A stretch of DNA of 64,000 bases from an uncultured virus (IMG/VR IMGVR_UViG_3300025012_000068) (Duplodnaviria; Heunggongvirae; Uroviricota; Caudoviricetes), in IMG/VR virus record IMGVR_UViG_3300025012_000068, positions 1 through 64,000 of that record. The stretch is one strand, 5' to 3'. The notes beneath the pieces are model-generated. The model saw only the letters and a program-made list of their open reading frames with translations, had not been told where the DNA came from and did not search any database. Shown in pieces: positions 58,563 to 64,000 of this stretch (its first letter is position 1; every line of letters begins with the position of its first letter). A program made the translations under genes and the position numbers.

Positions 58563-59373
58563 TCTTTATTTTTTTTAATTTTTTCTCGTCGTATATGTCA
58601 TATATTGTATTATTTATCTCGTTTTTTATTTTTTGAAGTTTAATTAATTTATTTTTATTTATTTTACTATTTAATAAAATAATTTCAAATCTATCTCTAA
58701 TTCCATTAAAAATGTTCAAAACTGCACTATACGATATTCGTATATCTGTTTTATTACGGTTATGTTTTTTCTTAAATTTTATTTTATTATGCCATTCTTT
58801 AAGTGATTCATTTAATAGAGTAGTTGAATCAATATGTTTAGTTTTAATAATATAAATAGTATTTCTTTTTTTATTAAACCAAACGGCAGAAAGAGAAAAA
58901 GTCCTATTAGATAGGACTCCGAGTTCTTTATTTAGAATATCTTTTATTTTGCAATAGTTTGAATCTGATTCAAATACAGTATAGTCATTTAATATTTTTA
59001 ATATATTATTATTAATTGTATCTAAGCCATATGCAGCGTATATTAATGATGTAATTTTAGTAGAAGTAGTATTTAAAGTATTTTCTAAATTAGTAGAATT
59101 AATACTACTTTTTACACTAATAAATTCATTATTTCTTTTAATATCATAAAAAATAGTATTTCTATTTGTTATTTTAGCATTATATAAATTAGAAACTAGG
59201 GTCTCTGTAAAAATAGATAATTCACGAGAATCTTTTAATGTAAATATTAGAGATAATTTATTATTTAGGCTTTGTATTTTATTTTGACAAATATCTGTCC
59301 TATTTAAAAATGAATTTAAATCAATTATTGATCCATTTGATTTATTAGAAATTAATTGAAATAAATAATTCAT
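58540..59373 (-). CDS. hypothetical protein (possible PD-(D/E)XK fold)
   Basis: YDI...ISVKS pattern only. Confidence 0.45.
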   Translation of the reverse strand: MNYLFQLISNKSNGSIIDLNSFLNRTDICQNKIQSLNNKLSLIFTLKDSRELSIFTETLVSNLYNAKITNRNTIFYDIKRNNEFISVKSSINSTNLENTLNTTSTKITSLIYAAYGLDTINNNILKILNDYTVFESDSNYCKIKDILNKELGVLSNRTFSLSAVWFNKKRNTIYIIKTKHIDSTTLLNESLKEWHNKIKFKKKHNRNKTDIRISYSAVLNIFNGIRDRFEIILLNSKINKNKLIKLQKIKNEINNTIYDIYDEKKLKKIKNELYKII

Positions 59374-61322
59374 TCATTTATCTTTCTCAGGGTATTCTTA
59401 TAAAAGAATCGTTGGTCTTCTGTTAAATCTGAGTATTTAGTATTAATTAAATTTTTCCAAACTTCAATATTTTCAGTTTCGTTTAATAAATGAGTTAAGC
59501 TTTCCATTAAAATATTATATTTGGCTTCTATATTAGTTGATTCAAACATTCCTTGTTTAGGAGAAGCATTTTGAATTTCTCTGTATAAGTATGGAAATTC
59601 ATTATGTAAAAATTCTGGCATTAACTTTTTATATTCAGTATAATTATTTTCCGTTATATATTGCCTAACTAAATTGCTTGATGTATACTTTGGTAATTTA
59701 TATAATTTAAAATCTTTATTTAGGTTTAAGTCAATTTTTTTATTTTTAGCATATTCAACTTGTAATTTATATGATCCAATTTTATCTTCGCCTGACCCCC
59801 ATAATATAGGTTCATAAGTTGGTCTTACTAATTTCAATAAGTCTTCAATCCATCCACGTTTAGTATATAAAACAGTTTCTATTAAATCTTTATGATTATC
59901 TTTTACTTTATTAAATATTTTTTCTTGAGCACTTTTATTAAAAGGAAATTTATCATTATTCTTATCTTGCTTAATACATATTATAATCGTAGGTAATCCA
60001 TTTTTATTTTTTAAAAGTTCTAAACTTTTTAAATGACCAATATGAAATGGCTGAAATTTACCTACTAAAATATTTACATTTTTAGTTTCTACTGGATTAA
60101 TTTCAATTGACTCTTCTATATAGTTATTTACTTTAATTAAATCATCATCTATCTCGCTAGTTACAAATTCGTTAAATAATGGAAAGTATCGTTCGTATAA
60201 TTCGTTCTTTCTTAAGAAAATATTTATTTTGTCTATTAAGCTATTAAATTGTATTAATATGTTTTTATCAAAAATTTTACCACTGGTTTTTTTACGTTTT
60301 TTTCTAAAAAAATTTAATAATATTTTATATATCTCTTTATAATTGTCATTTTTATTTAAATTATTAATTACACCAATATCTCTAATATAGTTTATATTAA
60401 TTTGGAAATTGTCGGTTCTTAAAAACTCTGGAACGTTTATTAAAATACTTGAATATTTTTCGCCATATTCATTTATAAATTCGTTAAATACATAATTACA
60501 GAATTCAATATATTTATCTTCAAATTTTTCTGAACCTAAAAATATTTTATTAAAATCTAAAGTTTCAATAAAATTTAATAAGTCTATAATAATTAAATAT
60601 ACATAGTCATCAGTACTTTCTTGTTGTACATTTTCTATTTTTCTTTGTTTAAATAATGGGTCAACTATTTTTGCTAAAATTGTATTTTCAGTATTATCAC
60701 CAATAAATCTAAATATTAATTCATTAAATTTTCTAATATCTTTTATTTTTATCTCTTTACATAATAACTTTACTATAAATGTACTAAAATCCTGTAGTTT
60801 AAATTTATCTTTTAGTTGCTCAACTGGAGTCTGTATAAATTCTAAAATTTGATTCTTTTGTTTATCTGTTAGTTTTCCTTGAAATATAATACGAGGCTTG
60901 CTTATTCCTAAAGTATCTGACCAATAATCTAATTGTTTTTTATCATGAATAGTATAGTCTGCGTCATTCTGGTCGTTTAAAACATGAATATAATTTAATA
61001 GTAAGTTATTTGGTAAAATCGAAGAGTCTGGACTATATCCTGTCCCAAATATAAAATTATGAGGTAATTTGTTTTTTATTTCTACTGGTAAATTCTCAAT
61101 ATAATTAATAGGGGTTTCATAAAATTTACTAATAATTCTGTCTATATTAGTAATCTCTTTATCTTTTTTAAAAAATTTAAAAGTATTATCACTACATTTT
61201 CTAAATGAAAAACTAGAAAAATTATTTTTTTCATTTATAATTACCTCTTTATTAAAAAGTTCATAAATAAAGTCATTTCCTTTTTTTTCTAAAATATCTT
61301 GTAAATGTAAAATACTACTCAT
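59370..61322 (-). CDS. multidomain protein with C-terminal HIGH-motif cytidylyltransferase-like domain
   Basis: GKFQPFHIGH, GEDK and SSNLVR motifs; N-terminal NEKNN..SFSF...AKIVD is RNA-ligase-like. Confidence 0.65.
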   Translation of the reverse strand: MSSILHLQDILEKKGNDFIYELFNKEVIINEKNNFSSFSFRKCSDNTFKFFKKDKEITNIDRIISKFYETPINYIENLPVEIKNKLPHNFIFGTGYSPDSSILPNNLLLNYIHVLNDQNDADYTIHDKKQLDYWSDTLGISKPRIIFQGKLTDKQKNQILEFIQTPVEQLKDKFKLQDFSTFIVKLLCKEIKIKDIRKFNELIFRFIGDNTENTILAKIVDPLFKQRKIENVQQESTDDYVYLIIIDLLNFIETLDFNKIFLGSEKFEDKYIEFCNYVFNEFINEYGEKYSSILINVPEFLRTDNFQININYIRDIGVINNLNKNDNYKEIYKILLNFFRKKRKKTSGKIFDKNILIQFNSLIDKINIFLRKNELYERYFPLFNEFVTSEIDDDLIKVNNYIEESIEINPVETKNVNILVGKFQPFHIGHLKSLELLKNKNGLPTIIICIKQDKNNDKFPFNKSAQEKIFNKVKDNHKDLIETVLYTKRGWIEDLLKLVRPTYEPILWGSGEDKIGSYKLQVEYAKNKKIDLNLNKDFKLYKLPKYTSSNLVRQYITENNYTEYKKLMPEFLHNEFPYLYREIQNASPKQGMFESTNIEAKYNILMESLTHLLNETENIEVWKNLINTKYSDLTEDQRFFYKNTLRKINE

Positions 61323-61392
61323 ATTGTTATTTATTTATCCTACTTTTAAATAGGGCGAAACTTTTTTATTTTATTCCGCGACCTTTCACTAA

Positions 61393-61443
61393 TAAAAGCC
61401 TAATAAATATTATAGAATATATTTAATATGTATTAGGCTTTAT
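61393..61443. terminator. long hairpin after the SSB gene
   Basis: TAAAAGCCTAATA / TATTAGGCTTTAT. Confidence 0.55.
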
Positions 61444-61458
61444 ACAATTCTAATTATC

Positions 61459-62478
61459 TTAGAGCGAATCTAATAAGTCTTTATAACTATTTTCAGAAGG
61501 CTCATCAGCTTCAACAACTGGTTCTTTTTCTTTTTTAGTTTTTGTTTTTTCAGAAAGACTTTCATTTTCTTTTTTAATTGAATTTCCTAATTCTGTAGCA
61601 GTGACTACTTCTTTTTTAGATTCTGAAGGTACTGCCGCTAAATTATCATTTCCTTTCTTAAAAGAAGATGAAAATACTTCGTCTTTAATTTTTTGATATG
61701 GTATAATTGATTCTAAAAATTCTCTAGTCTTTTGGTCCATACCTTCTTCAAGTTGTTTAGGGTAATACTCCATTAAGTTTGGTGAATTATCTTTTAAATA
61801 TGAAAATACATCTTTCATACCTTTTTCAGACATTTCAGTAGGATTACCATTAAACTTAAACGGAGTTAATTCATTAATAAATTTACTACCATCATAATTA
61901 TTGTATTTTCCTTTTTTAGAAACTACCAAAAGAAAATCTTTACCTTTTAATAAATCATATGGATTTACACTTACGGTATCTAATAATCCGTCTGTTGCTG
62001 GATTAATTTCAGTTTCAATTAATTTATTAATATTAAAACCAAAATTAAATACTTTAATTTTTCCTTCTAAATCTGGACGATTTGGGTCCTTTACTATTTG
62101 TACTAATGAGAAAAACTTAGAAAAACGAGAAAAATTCTGTCTTAATTCATTTACTAAATTTGCATCATCTTTTGCTAATTTCTTAAGTATAATATCATAT
62201 TTAAGAGTTAAACTAAACTGACCAAATGCAGATGGGTCTTCAATAATTAGTCTTTCATTAGAAATTGAGTTTTTCATAATACAGATGTCCTTCTGAAATT
62301 TACTTTTATCAGGATCTGCATAAAATGGTATAAACCGTATAACTGATTTATACACTTTTTTGTCTACTGACTGCTCTGGTTCTGGAGAATAAAGATTTTC
62401 ATCTACTTTACGGTCATCTTTCTTTTTTTCACTGAACTGATTGCTGTTCAAATTAAATAATTTTTTGTAATCTTCCAT
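61459..62478 (-). CDS. gp32: single-stranded DNA-binding protein (T4 gp32-like)
   Basis: VIRFIP, VKDPNRPDLEGKIKVFNFG, PYDL..GKDF and NYDGSKF motifs; acidic tail. Confidence 0.85.
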   Translation of the reverse strand: MEDYKKLFNLNSNQFSEKKKDDRKVDENLYSPEPEQSVDKKVYKSVIRFIPFYADPDKSKFQKDICIMKNSISNERLIIEDPSAFGQFSLTLKYDIILKKLAKDDANLVNELRQNFSRFSKFFSLVQIVKDPNRPDLEGKIKVFNFGFNINKLIETEINPATDGLLDTVSVNPYDLLKGKDFLLVVSKKGKYNNYDGSKFINELTPFKFNGNPTEMSEKGMKDVFSYLKDNSPNLMEYYPKQLEEGMDQKTREFLESIIPYQKIKDEVFSSSFKKGNDNLAAVPSESKKEVVTATELGNSIKKENESLSEKTKTKKEKEPVVEADEPSENSYKDLLDSL

Positions 62479-62799
62479 TTTGTTTTAGTTTTTTTAAAGT
62501 TAAACAATGTTTTTAATTATCATCAATTAATATAACAAATTGATAAAAATGTTTTAAAATTAAACAAAAATAATTAATGGAATTTTACTTCAATTACTGA
62601 CTTTTTTATCCTAAAGACTATAGGACAACCCTAGAAAGAAATATTTTTTATAAAACTGCATACCATGTCAAAATTCCAGACTTATAAATTTGCTTAACTT
62701 TAAAATATTGTTTTTACTATTTTTTATTTATTTTAAAAATATTTTTTCGAAAAAGATGAAAAAAACTAAAACAAATTCATTTTTTTTAATAGAAGTGAT

Positions 62800-63040
62800 A
62801 GAGTGCTTGCTAAGTCTAATTAACTCTTAAGTTTCTAATTATAAAAATAATACTTAAAAAAATAAAGAATATATTTTTAATATTAAAACAAAAATTAAAA
62901 AAACTAAAAAAACAAATTATAAATTAAAAAATACTTTTAATATTAAAAAATAAAAATTAAAGATTAAAGAATATATTTTTAATATTAAAAAAATAAAAGA
63001 TAAATTAAAATTTAGAACTTAAGTTTTAAATTAGCACTTC
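62800..63040. repeat. A-rich intergenic region with direct repeats
   Basis: TAAAGAATATATTTTTAATATTAAAA at about 62863 and 62965, partial copy at about 62935. Confidence 0.55.
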
Positions 63041-63083
63041 AAAAGCGTAAGCTATGTTTATTTTAAAGTAAAATAAACTTTTA

Positions 63084-63335
63084 ATGACACCTATTGAAAT
63101 TCCTCATATTTTTAATAAAACTGTAACTAAATACCTTTTATCATTAACTGATAAAATATATTTTGGTAAATATAAAAATTTAACTATAGAAGAAATTATT
63201 ATTATAGATTACCAATATATAGACTTTTTAATTAAAAATTCAGGAAAAGTTTCTTTTACAAAAGAAGTTAAAGATAAAATAAAATTTAATATTTCTAGTA
63301 AAAAATCTTTAAAATCTTTATTTAAAAATAAATAA
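63084..63335 (+). CDS. small protein with FGKYK motif (DUF3820/ExoX C-terminal-like)
   Basis: IYFGKYKNLTIEEI...DYQYIDFL. Confidence 0.5.
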   Translation: MTPIEIPHIFNKTVTKYLLSLTDKIYFGKYKNLTIEEIIIIDYQYIDFLIKNSGKVSFTKEVKDKIKFNISSKKSLKSLFKNK

Positions 63336-63341
63336 ATGTAA

Positions 63342-64000
63342 ATGGATGAAGAATTAAATAAACTTCTACAGGAACTACTTTTAGAACATTGTAAAATACA
63401 AGATAATACTTTAGCATCTAATGATATTTTAAATAAAGCTTTAACTGAATGCCAACTTAATGGTATACCTTTTTCTGAATTAAAAGAACCTATTGAACAA
63501 TCTGAATTTACTAAACAAGACTCTACTCGTGAATCTTTAGAAAAAGAATTACAAGATAATATGAGTCAATTAGACTTATGTTTAAAGGATATTAATTCTA
63601 AAACTAAAGACCTTGCATCAAATATTAATAAAAATTTAATAGTTGATGCTACTTTATCTAAATTAAAAGAATATAAAGATTTATATGAACCGATATATCA
63701 ATACCATTTTGAATTAAAAAACCAAGCAGATCTTCTTTTACAAAAAAGACAAACCTATTTAGATAGTATTAATGTAATAAGAACATCTATAACAAATATT
63801 TCTAATACTATAGATAATAAAACTCTTGAAAGAGATAAATATTCTACTACTGATAAAACTTTATCAGATAATATACAAAAAGAAATAAATTCATTAAATT
63901 TAAAAAAGAATGTATTAAAAACTAAATTAGAGTATTTAGTAAATAGAGAAAAAAATAAAATAAAGTTTGACTCTATTTTAAATACTGAATTTATTATAGA
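63342..64000 (+). CDS. coiled-coil hypothetical protein, 3'-partial
   Basis: MDEELNKLLQELL...; frame appears to run off the window end. Confidence 0.55.
   Translation, partial: MDEELNKLLQELLLEHCKIQDNTLASNDILNKALTECQLNGIPFSELKEPIEQSEFTKQDSTRESLEKELQDNMSQLDLCLKDINSKTKDLASNINKNLIVDATLSKLKEYKDLYEPIYQYHFELKNQADLLLQKRQTYLDSINVIRTSITNISNTIDNKTLERDKYSTTDKTLSDNIQKEINSLNLKKNVLKTKLEYLVNREKNKIKFDSILNTEFII

Noticed and set aside
2469..62221. Short antisense ORFs in the track (e.g. 2469, 3343, 6467, 10074, 19273, 30877, 32619, 49400, 52203, 61901)
   Set aside because: They are shadows of well-supported genes on the opposite strand.
1..64000. tRNA, rRNA, reverse transcriptase or DGR
   Set aside because: None recognisable by eye; tRNAscan and Infernal were not run.

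Overview
Very AT-rich segment of a large T4-superfamily (jumbo-type) phage, standard genetic code, probably infecting a Bacteroidota host (TAnnTTTG promoter motifs). Core genes include portal, primase, UvsW, SSB, gp46/47, late sigma, an ECF-type sigma, RNase H, PhoH and nucleotide-metabolism enzymes. The family-B DNA polymerase is split into two genes about 33 kb apart on opposite strands, and the C-terminal half carries a mini-intein. A candidate cytosine-hypermodification cluster is also present. The most striking feature is an integron-like cassette system. A tyrosine recombinase lacking the IntI-specific insertion sits beside an attI-like GTT site and a cassette array, and four further integrase-less arrays are dispersed through the window. 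I found 17 complete AAC-arm-loop-arm-GTT hairpin sites by eye. Cassette ORFs point toward the integrase and often start inside the hairpin loop. An ORF-less putative promoter cassette occurs five times and closes four of the five arrays. All calls come from reading the sequence; no searches were run.
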